Assembly (NCBI GenBank): GCA_015059185.1
Contig: SVAY01000006.1
Coordinates: forward strand, 14,070-78,069
Origin: Erysipelotrichaceae bacterium
Lineage (GTDB): Bacteria; Bacillota_I; Bacilli_A; RFN20; CAG-826
DNA length: 64,000 nucleotides
Direction of reading: 5' to 3'
Shown here: positions 30,862 through 40,408 of the stretch, one piece after another
Layout of the letters: the number at the start of each line of letters is the position of its first letter
Numbering within the stretch: the first letter of the stretch is position 1
Translations under genes and position numbers: made by a program
The notes under the pieces: generated by a model
Databases searched by the model: none
What the model saw: the letters and a program-made list of their open reading frames with translations, nothing else
What the model was told of the DNA's origin: nothing

Positions 30862-32675
30862 TATTCTGCCCTCCCTTTAGTCATTAGTAATCCAACTTCT
30901 TCTTTAGTGACTTTAGTTGGATCAACGATACCTGCGACCTTGCCGCCACTTAATACTAAGATACGGTCACACAAGGCCATTAAGACATCTAAATCTTCAC
31001 CAACAAATAAGACGGCTGTGCCCTTTTCTTTTTGTTGATTGAGTAAATCATAAATTAAATATGAGGAGTTGATATCAAGACCTCTAACTGGATAAGCAGC
31101 CATAAAGACTTTTGGTGAAGAAGAGATTTCTCTACCAACAAGAACTTTTTGGATGTTACCACCAGATAATTTTCTAACTTGAGTATGAACACCAGGAGTA
31201 ACAACTTCTAGTTCATCAACGATCTCATTGGCAAGAGCTTCAGGTTTCTTTCTATTAAGGAAGATACCTCTACCCTTACGATAGCTTCTAAGCATCATGT
31301 TATCAGTTAAGTCCATAGAACCGACTAAGCCCATACCAAGTCTATCTTCAGGAACGAAGCTAAGTTTGATACCTAAATCTCTAATTTCAAGTGGAGACTT
31401 GTCTTTTAAATCAATGATTTCATCTTCATAGAAAATAATTTCTTCTTTATTGACAGCTTCAATGATTTGTTTTTTACTCCAGTGAGTTAAATCTACTCTA
31501 TTACCCACTAGATCATGGAACGCTCCATTACGAGACATTTCTTTCACTTGCTTAATAGAGTGGTGATATAAAGTTAATGGTTTTTCTTTCTTTGGATTAT
31601 GGAAAATCATTTCACCGGTCTTATAGTGTCTTAATCCAGCGATAGCGTCTAATAATTCTTTTTGACCACTGCCAGAGATACCAGCGACACCTAAGATTTG
31701 TCCACTTCTAAGGACGAAGGAAACACTATCTAAAGCGGTAGTACCATCCATATTTTGAACGGTGAGGTTAGAGATGAATAATCTATCTTCCACATGCTCC
31801 ATCTTCTCACGCTTAATTTGAAGATTGACCTTACGTCCAACCATCATATTAGTGAGTTCTTTTTCGTTTGTATTTTTAGTTTCAACAGTACCGATATATT
31901 TACCTTTTCTAAGAACGACAACGTTATCACTGATTTCCATAACTTCGTTAAGTTTATGGGTAATAATGATAATAGTCTTACCCATTTCTCTCATATTTCT
32001 AAGGACATCAAATAATCCTTTGATTTCTTGAGGGGTAAGAACAGCGGTTGGTTCATCAAGAATGAGTATATCAACACCACGATAGAGGGCTTTTACGATT
32101 TCAAGTGTTTGCTTTTGAGAAACACTCATATCATAAACTTTTTGATAAGGATCGACTTTAAATCCATATTTTTCACAGATATTAGTGACACGTTCTGCAG
32201 CAGCAGCGACATTAAAGCCACGGCTACGACGAGCATATCTCTTATATCTTTTAATTGTTGCTTTTCTTTCTTCTTCGCTCAAAGAAGTGTCATTAAGAGC
32301 TTTTTGAATGTGCTCTCTTGATTTCTCCTTTTGATCGATATTAAAAAGTTTATAATCGTCCTTTGTTAATCCAAGTAAGATGTTTTCAGTCGCATTGAAG
32401 ACATCGACGAGTTTAAAGTGTTGGTGAATCATTCCAATCTTTTGTTTGAAGGCATCACGAGGGGAGTTGATATGAACTTCCTTTCCATGAACAAAAACCT
32501 CGCCTTCATCTTGTTTATAGATACCAGCAATCATGTTCATTAAGGTTGTCTTACCACTACCATTTTCGCCTAAAATGGAATAAATCTTTCCTTCTTCTAA
32601 AGCAAAGGAAACATTTTGGTTCGCGACCACTTTTCCAAAGGTTTTAGTAATGTTTTTAAATCTTATTGCTTCCAT
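30861..32675 (-). CDS. ABC transporter ATP-binding protein with duplicated ATPase domains (nucleoside/sugar type)
   Basis: Two Walker A motifs (GENGSGKTT; GISGSGQKE) and two signature motifs; 604 aa. Confidence 0.8.
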   Translation of the reverse strand: MEAIRFKNITKTFGKVVANQNVSFALEEGKIYSILGENGSGKTTLMNMIAGIYKQDEGEVFVHGKEVHINSPRDAFKQKIGMIHQHFKLVDVFNATENILLGLTKDDYKLFNIDQKEKSREHIQKALNDTSLSEEERKATIKRYKRYARRSRGFNVAAAAERVTNICEKYGFKVDPYQKVYDMSVSQKQTLEIVKALYRGVDILILDEPTAVLTPQEIKGLFDVLRNMREMGKTIIIITHKLNEVMEISDNVVVLRKGKYIGTVETKNTNEKELTNMMVGRKVNLQIKREKMEHVEDRLFISNLTVQNMDGTTALDSVSFVLRSGQILGVAGISGSGQKELLDAIAGLRHYKTGEMIFHNPKKEKPLTLYHHSIKQVKEMSRNGAFHDLVGNRVDLTHWSKKQIIEAVNKEEIIFYEDEIIDLKDKSPLEIRDLGIKLSFVPEDRLGMGLVGSMDLTDNMMLRSYRKGRGIFLNRKKPEALANEIVDELEVVTPGVHTQVRKLSGGNIQKVLVGREISSSPKVFMAAYPVRGLDINSSYLIYDLLNQQKEKGTAVLFVGEDLDVLMALCDRILVLSGGKVAGIVDPTKVTKEEVGLLMTKGRAE

Positions 32676-32680
32676 AATTG

Positions 32681-32726
32681 TTTTTATAAAAAAATAGAAG
32701 ACTTGCTGGCCGTAACGACCAGCAAG
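32681..32726 (-). terminator. intra-operon attenuating hairpin plus U-run between the SBP gene and the ATPase gene
   Basis: CTTGCTGG(T/C)CG-TTAC-CGACCAGCAAG stem followed on the minus strand by UCUUCUAUUUUUUU. Confidence 0.5.
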
Positions 32727-32741
32727 CCTGAGTTAATTTAA

Positions 32742-34082
32742 TTAAGCGTTTGCTTCAGGTAAGTTGATACCATCGATATCGAGATCGAAGTATGGAGCAC
32801 TGCATTCGTAGCTTTCATTGAAGTAAGATGGAAGGAGTTCAGTTCCTTTAACAACAACTTCAGTGTCACCAACGAAGTCACCATCGGTGTCAGCTTTATA
32901 AGAGGTGAGGTGCTTGTTTTCATCAACTTTAGCACCAACATTCTTTTTATCTGTAACTGTTACTGTGAATTTAGAAGTATCAAATACTTTCATAGTACCG
33001 GATTTGATAGCTTCTTCTATAAGAGCAAATGCTGTTTGCGCAGAAGTTTTAACGGCTGGATAGTTCTTTACAACATTGTCCCAGTTGACATTATATTCGA
33101 CAGAACCAGTAGCGACTGTGCCAGTCCAGTTGTGGTTCTTTTCATTAGCAATTGCTCTACCTTCATATAAAGAGTTAACGATTTCTTTATAATATGGAGC
33201 CCAGTTGATACGGCTGTAAGCTAAATAAGTGTCAGGACAATCTTTTTTAGTTTCAATGTTATATGTAACATTTGGAATCTTCTTTTCTTCACAGACACCT
33301 GGAGCACCCATGGAGTCAGCGTGTTGGGAAACTAAGGCAGCACCACCTTCGATTAAAGCGGTAGCAGCACTTGCTTCAGCATTAACATCGTACCAAGAGT
33401 TTGTGAATTTAACATCCATGGTAACTTTTTCTGGATCGACGCCAGAAATTTCAAAAGCGCCTCTAACACCTAAGAACCAAGCGGTATAACCACTCTTAAC
33501 TTCGGCGTATGGGAAAGCACCAACATAACCGACTTTGGTTGCTGGGAAATCATCAGGATCAGAAACTGAAGGTATTTTATCAGCCAATAATCTTAAACCA
33601 GCAGCGAAACCAGCTAAGTATCTACCTTCATAGATAGAAGCGAAAGCGTTGTGATAGTTGTCTAAGTTAGCATTCTTAGCATTGGTACCAGTGGCGTGAT
33701 AGAATTGAACGGTTGGCCATTCTTGAGCAGCCTTTAACATGTAGGATTGGTGACCGAAAGAGTCAGCGATAACAACGTTACAACCTTTCTTGACTAAGTC
33801 TTTAGCGGCTTCATAGCATTGTTCGTTTTCATCTTTACCAGTTAAGATACAGTCATCGGTGAGGACCATTTTGGATTCACCTAAATCTTTAGCAGCTTCT
33901 TTTAAAGCATTGATAAAGTTAGCATCATATGTGGATTTGTCATCGTGTAAGCAGATAATACCAACTTTAACTGGATTACCCTTTTCATAAGTTGCACCTT
34001 TAACTCCACATCCAGTCATGGCTAAGAGTGAAGCAGCACTGATAGCGGAAACTGATAATGCACGTATAATGGTTTTTTTCAT
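32742..34082 (-). CDS. BMP-family ABC substrate-binding lipoprotein (PnrA/Med-like purine-nucleoside receptor)
   Basis: Lipobox LLAMTGC, BMP-family sequence, strong RBS AAGGAGG. Confidence 0.75.
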   Translation of the reverse strand: MKKTIIRALSVSAISAASLLAMTGCGVKGATYEKGNPVKVGIICLHDDKSTYDANFINALKEAAKDLGESKMVLTDDCILTGKDENEQCYEAAKDLVKKGCNVVIADSFGHQSYMLKAAQEWPTVQFYHATGTNAKNANLDNYHNAFASIYEGRYLAGFAAGLRLLADKIPSVSDPDDFPATKVGYVGAFPYAEVKSGYTAWFLGVRGAFEISGVDPEKVTMDVKFTNSWYDVNAEASAATALIEGGAALVSQHADSMGAPGVCEEKKIPNVTYNIETKKDCPDTYLAYSRINWAPYYKEIVNSLYEGRAIANEKNHNWTGTVATGSVEYNVNWDNVVKNYPAVKTSAQTAFALIEEAIKSGTMKVFDTSKFTVTVTDKKNVGAKVDENKHLTSYKADTDGDFVGDTEVVVKGTELLPSYFNESYECSAPYFDLDIDGINLPEANA

Positions 34083-34099
34083 TTTTGTTTTTCCTCCTT

Positions 34100-34262
34100 A
34101 GTTCTTTAAAAATAAAAATGAGCTTCCTATAATTGGAAGCCTCTACTTTAAATTAAACGAGGAAATACAACAAACGGTTATTTCTTCTTTAATTTAATTC
34201 GTAGCACTAGATTATACGGTCTAGCGTAGAGACTACCCACCAATTAGGGAATTATACGAATG
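34100..34262 (-). ncRNA. purine (guanine-type) riboswitch-like aptamer (34197-34261) plus terminator expression platform (hairpin 34120-34143 and U-run) in the BMP operon leader
   Basis: Recognised by eye: P1 AUUCGUA/UACGAAU; J1/2 UAAU; J2/3 GUCUCUAC (consensus GUUUCUAC); P3 with L3 CCGUAUAAU; C directly before the 3' strand of P1 (guanine-type). P2 is short and atypical; not verified by covariance model. Confidence 0.5.
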
Positions 34263-34285
34263 TCGATTTCTCAACCGACACCGAT

Positions 34286-34313
34286 ATTATAAAGGTTTAA
34301 AAGTTCATTGCAA
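34286..34313 (-). promoter_or_regulatory. sigma-A-type promoter of the BMP operon (TTGCAA-16-TATAAT)
   Basis: Hexamers read from the sequence about 25 nt upstream of the aptamer. Confidence 0.45.
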
Positions 34314-34431
34314 GAGAAAAAACATCTTTTTATAACCTTTCTTTAAATTGTAACACCGGGCTAAAAAAGACAATTTTTATATGTGTGTTATATATTTATA
34401 TATTGTTGTCTAGACAAGATGGATTAATCTT

Positions 34432-34830
34432 TTAGTAATTATCTATAAAATCTCTTGGGGTTATTATTTTTGGTTTATCTATTTTGAATTCTAATAAATC
34501 CTTATCGCCAGTTATTAAAATATCAGCATCAATTAATAATGCAGCCTCTATAACAGGCACATCATTCTTATCCCTTATCAATATTTCAGTTTTATTACTA
34601 TTAACATGAACAATATTAAGTTGTGGAAGTAAAAAGAAGAGATTACTCACAAATACACCTAAAAGTTCAGGTTTTTTCTTATTAACCACACTATATAATT
34701 CAGATAAACAATAATCTGATGTAAAAAGAGAATATGGGTATTCGCTAGCCTTTATTATGGCTTTACCTGGAATTGAATTAGAATTATAAAATGAAGAAAA
34801 TAGTACATTTGTATCAACAAATACAATCAT
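34432..34830 (-). CDS. vapC: PIN-domain toxin (VapC-like)
   Basis: 132 aa with N-terminal VDTNV and a conserved acidic pattern; 4-bp overlap with the upstream antitoxin gene. Confidence 0.65.
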   Translation of the reverse strand: MIVFVDTNVLFSSFYNSNSIPGKAIIKASEYPYSLFTSDYCLSELYSVVNKKKPELLGVFVSNLFFLLPQLNIVHVNSNKTEILIRDKNDVPVIEAALLIDADILITGDKDLLEFKIDKPKIITPRDFIDNY

Positions 34831-35087
34831 TTACCATAACGTACTTCGTTAACTAGTTTTTGTACATCATCATCATTTTTAATGCCTAACTCATCGGCAA
34901 TGCCTTTCATAGAATCTTGCACTACTTCTAATGCTGCCTTAAGTGAGGTAACAAGAATTATTTTATTCCCATCAACCAAAAAAGATACACGATCACCAAT
35001 GGATATGCCCATTTGTTCACGCACATCCTTAGGAATGGTGATTTGCCATTTCGACGTTACTCTTGCAGTTTCAACAAATGAATTCAT
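34827..35087 (-). CDS. vapB: AbrB/MazE/SpoVT-family antitoxin (VapB-like)
   Basis: 86 aa; swapped-hairpin-type N-terminus (QITIPKDVREQMGISIGDRV); RBS AGGAGG. Confidence 0.65.
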   Translation of the reverse strand: MNSFVETARVTSKWQITIPKDVREQMGISIGDRVSFLVDGNKIILVTSLKAALEVVQDSMKGIADELGIKNDDDVQKLVNEVRYGK

Positions 35088-35105
35088 ACTGTGACCTCCT
35101 ATCTA

Positions 35106-35163
35106 GTAAGGAATTCCTTACTTTCCTTACTTTAATCTTATTAAGACCAATCCATCTTGTCAA
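35106..35163 (-). promoter_or_regulatory. TA-module promoter (TTGACA-17-TAAGAT) with a perfect 16-bp palindrome GTAAGGAATTCCTTAC (35106-35121) as candidate autoregulatory operator
   Basis: Palindrome and hexamers read directly from the sequence; the palindrome sits between the -10 element and the RBS. Confidence 0.45.
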
Positions 35164-35318
35164 CAAACTATATCAACTTGAATCTAAAAGCATAATTTCC
35201 TCCTATATATTCTTTTCAAGACGGAAGAAACACATAGAATGTTGAAAAAAATATTTCTATTTATTACAAATAACGTGAGATGTAAAATAAAATTAACAAT
35301 ATATAAGGATATATACGT

Positions 35319-36734
35319 ATGCGTAAGACCAAAATTATTTGCACTATTGGTCCCAGTAGTGATGATGAGGCCATTTTAATCGAAATGGCAAAAGCGGGAA
35401 TGAATGTCGCAAGATGTAATTTTTCTCACGGTGACCACAATCAACATCGAGCCAGAATGGATATGATTAAAAAGGTGAGGGAAGAACTTAACTTGCCTAT
35501 TGCCATCATGCTTGACACCAAAGGACCTGAATATCGTATCGGTTTATTTAAAAATAATGAGGTGAACCTCAATAAAGGTGATAAATTTACCTTCACTACC
35601 GAAGAAATCATGGGTGATGAAACTATCGTCTCCGTGAGTTATAAAAAATTAACCGAAGATCTTGAAGTTGGTGACACAATCTTAGTAAATAATGGTCTAG
35701 TCGTATTTGAAGTTAATAAAATAGAAGGAAATAAAATTATTACCACTGTCAAAGAAGGTGGTAGATTATCAAATCGTAAATCGATGAGTTTCCCTAATAA
35801 ACTCTTAAAGCAAGAATTCTTATCTAGTCATGATAAAGAAGACTTATTATTTGGTATTGAAAATGATATCGATTATGTTGCTGCAAGCTTCGTGAGCTGC
35901 AAACAAGATATGCTCGATATGAGAGACTTCTTAGACGCTCATGGAGGAGAGAATATCGATATCATCGCTAAGATAGAAAATAGACATGGCGTTGATAATA
36001 TCAAAGAGATATGTGAAGTTGCTGATGGAATCATGGTTGCTAGAGGTGACTTAGGTGTGGAAGTACCATTTATTGAAGTTCCAACAATTCAAAAACGCTT
36101 AATTAGAGAATGTCGACTCATGGGTAAGATTGTTGTTACCGCCACAGAAATGCTTGAAAGTATGACCACTAATCCTCGTCCAACGAGAGCAGAAATCAGT
36201 GACGTTGCTAATGCTGTATATGATGGAACATCCGCAATTATGCTTTCTGGAGAATCTGCGAACGGTAAATACCCAGTAGAAGCAACTAGAAATATGGCAA
36301 AGATTGCTGAATATACAGAACAGCAAATTGATTACGCTAAACGCTTTAGAGAAACTGACTTTGCCATCCGTAATCCAGTCGATGCCGTGAGTCACGCGAC
36401 ATGTGATATGGCACTCGATACTAAAGCGAAAGCTATTGTCTGTACATCTATTTCTGGATCAACAGTTAAAATGGTTGCAAGATTTAGATGTCCTATAGAT
36501 ATATTAGGCGTTACGACAAGCGAAAAAGTTTGGTATAAACTCGCACTTGCGTGGGGCGTTACTCCAGTCATCACTGGAACATATAATCACACTACCCCAA
36601 TGCTTAATAATGCTTTATTCCTTGCCACCACTACTTTCAACTTAAAGCAAGGTGATTATGTAATTATCACCGGAGGAAGTGTAGGAGCAAGAAAAGGCTC
36701 GACAGACCTTATTAAATTAGAAGTTGTTCAATAA
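35319..36734 (+). CDS. pyk: pyruvate kinase
   Basis: 471 aa Pyk-family sequence (MRKTKIICTIGP...). Confidence 0.9.
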   Translation: MRKTKIICTIGPSSDDEAILIEMAKAGMNVARCNFSHGDHNQHRARMDMIKKVREELNLPIAIMLDTKGPEYRIGLFKNNEVNLNKGDKFTFTTEEIMGDETIVSVSYKKLTEDLEVGDTILVNNGLVVFEVNKIEGNKIITTVKEGGRLSNRKSMSFPNKLLKQEFLSSHDKEDLLFGIENDIDYVAASFVSCKQDMLDMRDFLDAHGGENIDIIAKIENRHGVDNIKEICEVADGIMVARGDLGVEVPFIEVPTIQKRLIRECRLMGKIVVTATEMLESMTTNPRPTRAEISDVANAVYDGTSAIMLSGESANGKYPVEATRNMAKIAEYTEQQIDYAKRFRETDFAIRNPVDAVSHATCDMALDTKAKAIVCTSISGSTVKMVARFRCPIDILGVTTSEKVWYKLALAWGVTPVITGTYNHTTPMLNNALFLATTTFNLKQGDYVIITGGSVGARKGSTDLIKLEVVQ

Positions 36735-36744
36735 TAAACAAACC

Positions 36745-36778
36745 AAAAGACCACTCGTTCGATGAGTGGTCTTTTCAT
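36745..36778. terminator. bidirectional terminator after pyk and the surface-protein gene
   Basis: GACCACTC-GTTCGAT-GAGTGGTC hairpin flanked by A and T runs. Confidence 0.65.
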
Positions 36779-36783
36779 ATACC

Positions 36784-39096
36784 TTATGCTATCGTTGGCC
36801 AATTGCCACCAGTGATACGATAACCTTGTTTATCCCAAGCTAGTTCTGTTACTAGAAGTGGATATTGGTAGAGTTTTTCTTCCTCTTCCTTCTCACTCAC
36901 TCCATTAGGGAGTTCAACGGCAATGGCTCCTTCAGGACCAATCACACTATTAGCATAGCAATAACATTTGTTATATAGTCCTGCACTACTATCAACGAAT
37001 CTTCCAACCTTATGATTCTTTGAATATTCTAGAACTGTCGCAGAAGCAATAGACTTTGTGATGATGCTGGTGCTCGTAGAAACACCAACAAATCCACCAG
37101 TATTTAATGTCATATCTGCTAAGGCGGAATTATTACCCATATCCACTTTACCAGCTGATAAGGAGTTAGAAATATTACCTTTATTAATAGCGGCAAATAA
37201 TCCCATTGTAGAATCTGCCTCAACTCCGTCTCTAAATAAGTAGCCTTTAATTAAGCAGGCATTAACAACACCTTTTTCTTCATTAACCCCAATAAGTCCT
37301 CCAGCAGTAGCGGGATAATTGGTTCTTGTTCTGAGGTTATAATGACCCTCTTCATAATCTTCATATGAAGTCTCGATATAGGAGTTAATGACATTACCGT
37401 TATTAACTGCAATCAAGCCACCAAATGTGAGAGTTGATTCAAAGCTATAATGAATCATCTTTTGAATCGCATCTACCTTACCTAAAACTGCAGAATGAAT
37501 AACCTTTCCATTATTGGTAGCCACAAGACCTCCAAATGTCATATGGTCTGTACTATAAGTATCTTTCGCAGTTTGCACTTGTTCGCCAGTAATAGTCTGG
37601 GTGATATCATTCTTTAAAACACAGTTAGAAATCGTACCATTATTCTCTCCGACAAAGCCACTGGCTCTGGTGGTTAAAACCGCTTCTAATTTTCCAGAAA
37701 TGATTGAATCATAACCATATTGGAAACGATCAGCGTAAGTAAATGAGACATTATCTTCAACAGTACAGTTTCTAATGCTTCCTTTATTATTCGCAGCATA
37801 TAAACCAAATAATTGATTATAACTACTTCTTGTTCCAGCGGAAGTTAAAGTCGCATTAATCACTGCATCTTCTAAATTGACATTATCTAGATATGCCCCT
37901 TGTTCAATGGTGTTCACTAATAATGCAGCACTGATATTTCCATCACGAGGAACATGATTAAAGTCGGCATGAACTTTACCAGATATAATGGCTGTAAAGT
38001 CTTTAAATGTAATATTTGATAATGAACCAGTTAATGTCTTAATCCAACCAATGTTTAAAACGGCTGGAGTTGAATAGTTAACAGTAAATTCTTTAATGGC
38101 ATGATTCTTCCCATCGATATGAGATTTCACTTCGTTAATCACTTCTAATGCTTCTGATTCAAAAGAAATATCGTTTTTTAAGTAATAATAGCCTGTGCTA
38201 GATAAAGCATATAAGAATTGTTCTTTAGTGGAGATAGCACTGACAAGGTTCCAATCTAAATGCACTTTGATATCTTTATCGATAATATAGTTATCATCAT
38301 ATTCCTTGCTACTGCTACCACCTTTGATTTCATCATGCATATAAACCCTAGTTAACAACCAATATTTATCTGGGTCAGGATTCTTAGTAGCATAGTCATC
38401 CGTGAGCTGCTTTTTGAAATCAGCAATGGTTGAACCCACATCAACTTTAATCGTCTGTTGTTTATAAGTTTCACGGTTATCAGTATAAACGTAAACATTA
38501 TAGTAAGTGATCTCTTCAAACTTGGCTACCAAGGTAATATTCTTAGGGGCACTAGTAGGTAAAGTGTCAATCGCTACTCCATCAAGAGTCCAACCTAAGA
38601 AACGATATCCTTCTCGAGTGACAGCAGGTAGTTTATCACTGCTCTTTATATTATATGTCTCAATCTTATTATCGAATTTATCCCCTTCTTTGATACCTTG
38701 ATAAGTGATGGTGTATTCAATTGGTAAATAATGAAGGGTAACTTTACGAACAAGTGTTCCGGAATCATCTTTAACAGTAGGAGCAAAGTTCACACTATAT
38801 TGCACTTTTTCAAGACTTCCATAATCAAATATGGAGGCAAAGCTTTCATCGTTATCATTGATGGCAGAATATAAACCTTTATATGTATAATAGTCTCTTT
38901 TTATGGCCTCTGGTTCTTCAAGTGCCGCTAGTTGAGATTTCCAAGTATCATAATCGTCAATATTGACACGGAGAACATATCGATCATCGACTTCATTATA
39001 AAAAGAGATGATGTTAGTAGATGTATCTCCTCCGCATGAGGCTAGAGACAACACCATAAAAGCACTGCTTAGAAAAATTAATCCTTTTTTATTCAT
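36784..39096 (-). CDS. large surface lipoprotein with an InlB B-repeat (Listeria-Bacteroides repeat) and multiple GLUG-motif repeats
   Basis: Lipobox LSLASC; EGYRFLGWTLDG hallmark; repeated (F/A)GGL(I/V)AxN..G motifs; the start (MNKKGLIF at 39096) is uncertain because the RBS is weak. Confidence 0.6.
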   Translation of the reverse strand: MNKKGLIFLSSAFMVLSLASCGGDTSTNIISFYNEVDDRYVLRVNIDDYDTWKSQLAALEEPEAIKRDYYTYKGLYSAINDNDESFASIFDYGSLEKVQYSVNFAPTVKDDSGTLVRKVTLHYLPIEYTITYQGIKEGDKFDNKIETYNIKSSDKLPAVTREGYRFLGWTLDGVAIDTLPTSAPKNITLVAKFEEITYYNVYVYTDNRETYKQQTIKVDVGSTIADFKKQLTDDYATKNPDPDKYWLLTRVYMHDEIKGGSSSKEYDDNYIIDKDIKVHLDWNLVSAISTKEQFLYALSSTGYYYLKNDISFESEALEVINEVKSHIDGKNHAIKEFTVNYSTPAVLNIGWIKTLTGSLSNITFKDFTAIISGKVHADFNHVPRDGNISAALLVNTIEQGAYLDNVNLEDAVINATLTSAGTRSSYNQLFGLYAANNKGSIRNCTVEDNVSFTYADRFQYGYDSIISGKLEAVLTTRASGFVGENNGTISNCVLKNDITQTITGEQVQTAKDTYSTDHMTFGGLVATNNGKVIHSAVLGKVDAIQKMIHYSFESTLTFGGLIAVNNGNVINSYIETSYEDYEEGHYNLRTRTNYPATAGGLIGVNEEKGVVNACLIKGYLFRDGVEADSTMGLFAAINKGNISNSLSAGKVDMGNNSALADMTLNTGGFVGVSTSTSIITKSIASATVLEYSKNHKVGRFVDSSAGLYNKCYCYANSVIGPEGAIAVELPNGVSEKEEEEKLYQYPLLVTELAWDKQGYRITGGNWPTIA

Positions 39097-39186
39097 AACT
39101 GTCTCTAAAAATATGATACATGCTAAAAGAGTAATCAAAAAGTATTATTTATAACAAAAGTCCCGCTTCATCCGCGGGACTAAGTA

Positions 39187-39756
39187 TTAACCAAATATTG
39201 GAGTATTGCCGTCAAACGCAACAATATTTGCGCCGCTTACCACTTTAATTCCCATGGCGTTAAGTAATTCTCTACCACCTTGGAAGCTCTTTTCAATTGT
39301 GGCACATACACCGACACAATTCGCGCCACCTTGCTTAATAATCTTGATTAATCCAATTGCGGCATTGCCCTTAGCTAGGAAATCATCCACTATTAAGATA
39401 TTTTCATTTGGTAAGATGTATTTCTTGCTGACTGTAACTGTACTAACAGTACCTCTCGTGAAACTTCTTACTTCTTCACTATACACATCTTCATCAACAA
39501 TTTTTGATTTACTCTTTTTTGCAAACACCATATTAACATCTAAGATAGAAGCAACCGCGTAAGCAATTGGAATGCCACTTGTCTCTAATGTTAAAACTTT
39601 ATCAATTCTTGTATCTTTAAATTGATCAACAAAATATCTTGCTAATTCATTAGTGATACTTGGGTTCACTTGATGATTAACGAAAGAATCAACTTTAATG
39701 ATTTCTCCATCAAGTATCTTTCCATATTTACTAATTGCTTCTTCAATAATTTTCAT
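39187..39756 (-). CDS. xpt: xanthine phosphoribosyltransferase
   Basis: 189 aa Xpt-type PRT (ILIVDDFLAKGNA); RBS GAGGT. Confidence 0.8.
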   Translation of the reverse strand: MKIIEEAISKYGKILDGEIIKVDSFVNHQVNPSITNELARYFVDQFKDTRIDKVLTLETSGIPIAYAVASILDVNMVFAKKSKSKIVDEDVYSEEVRSFTRGTVSTVTVSKKYILPNENILIVDDFLAKGNAAIGLIKIIKQGGANCVGVCATIEKSFQGGRELLNAMGIKVVSGANIVAFDGNTPIFG

Positions 39757-39839
39757 TCTCGTTTACCTCGAGTATATTATAAAAAAACAATTTATTAATT
39801 TATAGACTATTTCTATAATAATAGGCGAGGACTATTAAT

Positions 39840-40355
39840 ATGGATTTAAATAAATATATTGCTATTAGAGAAAACTGGCCAAAGGAAGGTATCTCATTCA
39901 AAGACATCACTCCATTAACCCAAGACCCAGCGGCATTTAAGGAAGCAGTTGAAAGAATGGCGGAACCATTTAAAGGCTTAGGCATCACTAAAGTGTTATG
40001 TGCTGACGCTAGAGGTTTTATCTTTGGTGGACCAGTTGCACTTATCTTAGGTGCTGGTATGTCAATTGCGAGAAAACCAAATAAATTACCATATGTCGCT
40101 TATAGTGAATCATATGACTTAGAATATGGAAGCAATACTCTTGAAGTTGCACCAGGTGCAGTTATTAGAGGTGATAAAGTACTTGTTGTCGATGACTTAC
40201 TTGCTACCGGAGGAAGCGCTATCGCATTAACTAAACTTGCTGAAAGAGCAGGCGGCGAAGTTGTTGGCTATTCCGTCTTAGTGGAATTAACTGGATTAAA
40301 AGCAAGAAACAAACTTAAAGCTCCTACTCATTCTCTAATTCAATACGAATTCTAA
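39840..40355 (+). CDS. apt: adenine phosphoribosyltransferase
   Basis: 171 aa Apt sequence (VLVVDDLLATGGS). Confidence 0.85.
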   Translation: MDLNKYIAIRENWPKEGISFKDITPLTQDPAAFKEAVERMAEPFKGLGITKVLCADARGFIFGGPVALILGAGMSIARKPNKLPYVAYSESYDLEYGSNTLEVAPGAVIRGDKVLVVDDLLATGGSAIALTKLAERAGGEVVGYSVLVELTGLKARNKLKAPTHSLIQYEF

Positions 40356-40363
40356 TTAATACT

Positions 40364-40396
40364 AAAAAAGGATGACCATCGAAGTCATCCTTTTCT
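40364..40396. terminator. bidirectional terminator after apt and the OYE-type reductase gene
   Basis: GGATGAC-CATCGAA-GTCATCC hairpin with an A-run and a T-run. Confidence 0.65.
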
Positions 40397-40408
40397 TATG
40401 CTTATATC

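Noticed and set aside
39757-39839. Expected guanine riboswitch upstream of xpt
   Set aside because: Only ~80 nt of AT-rich divergent promoter region separate xpt and apt; no aptamer-like structure is present.
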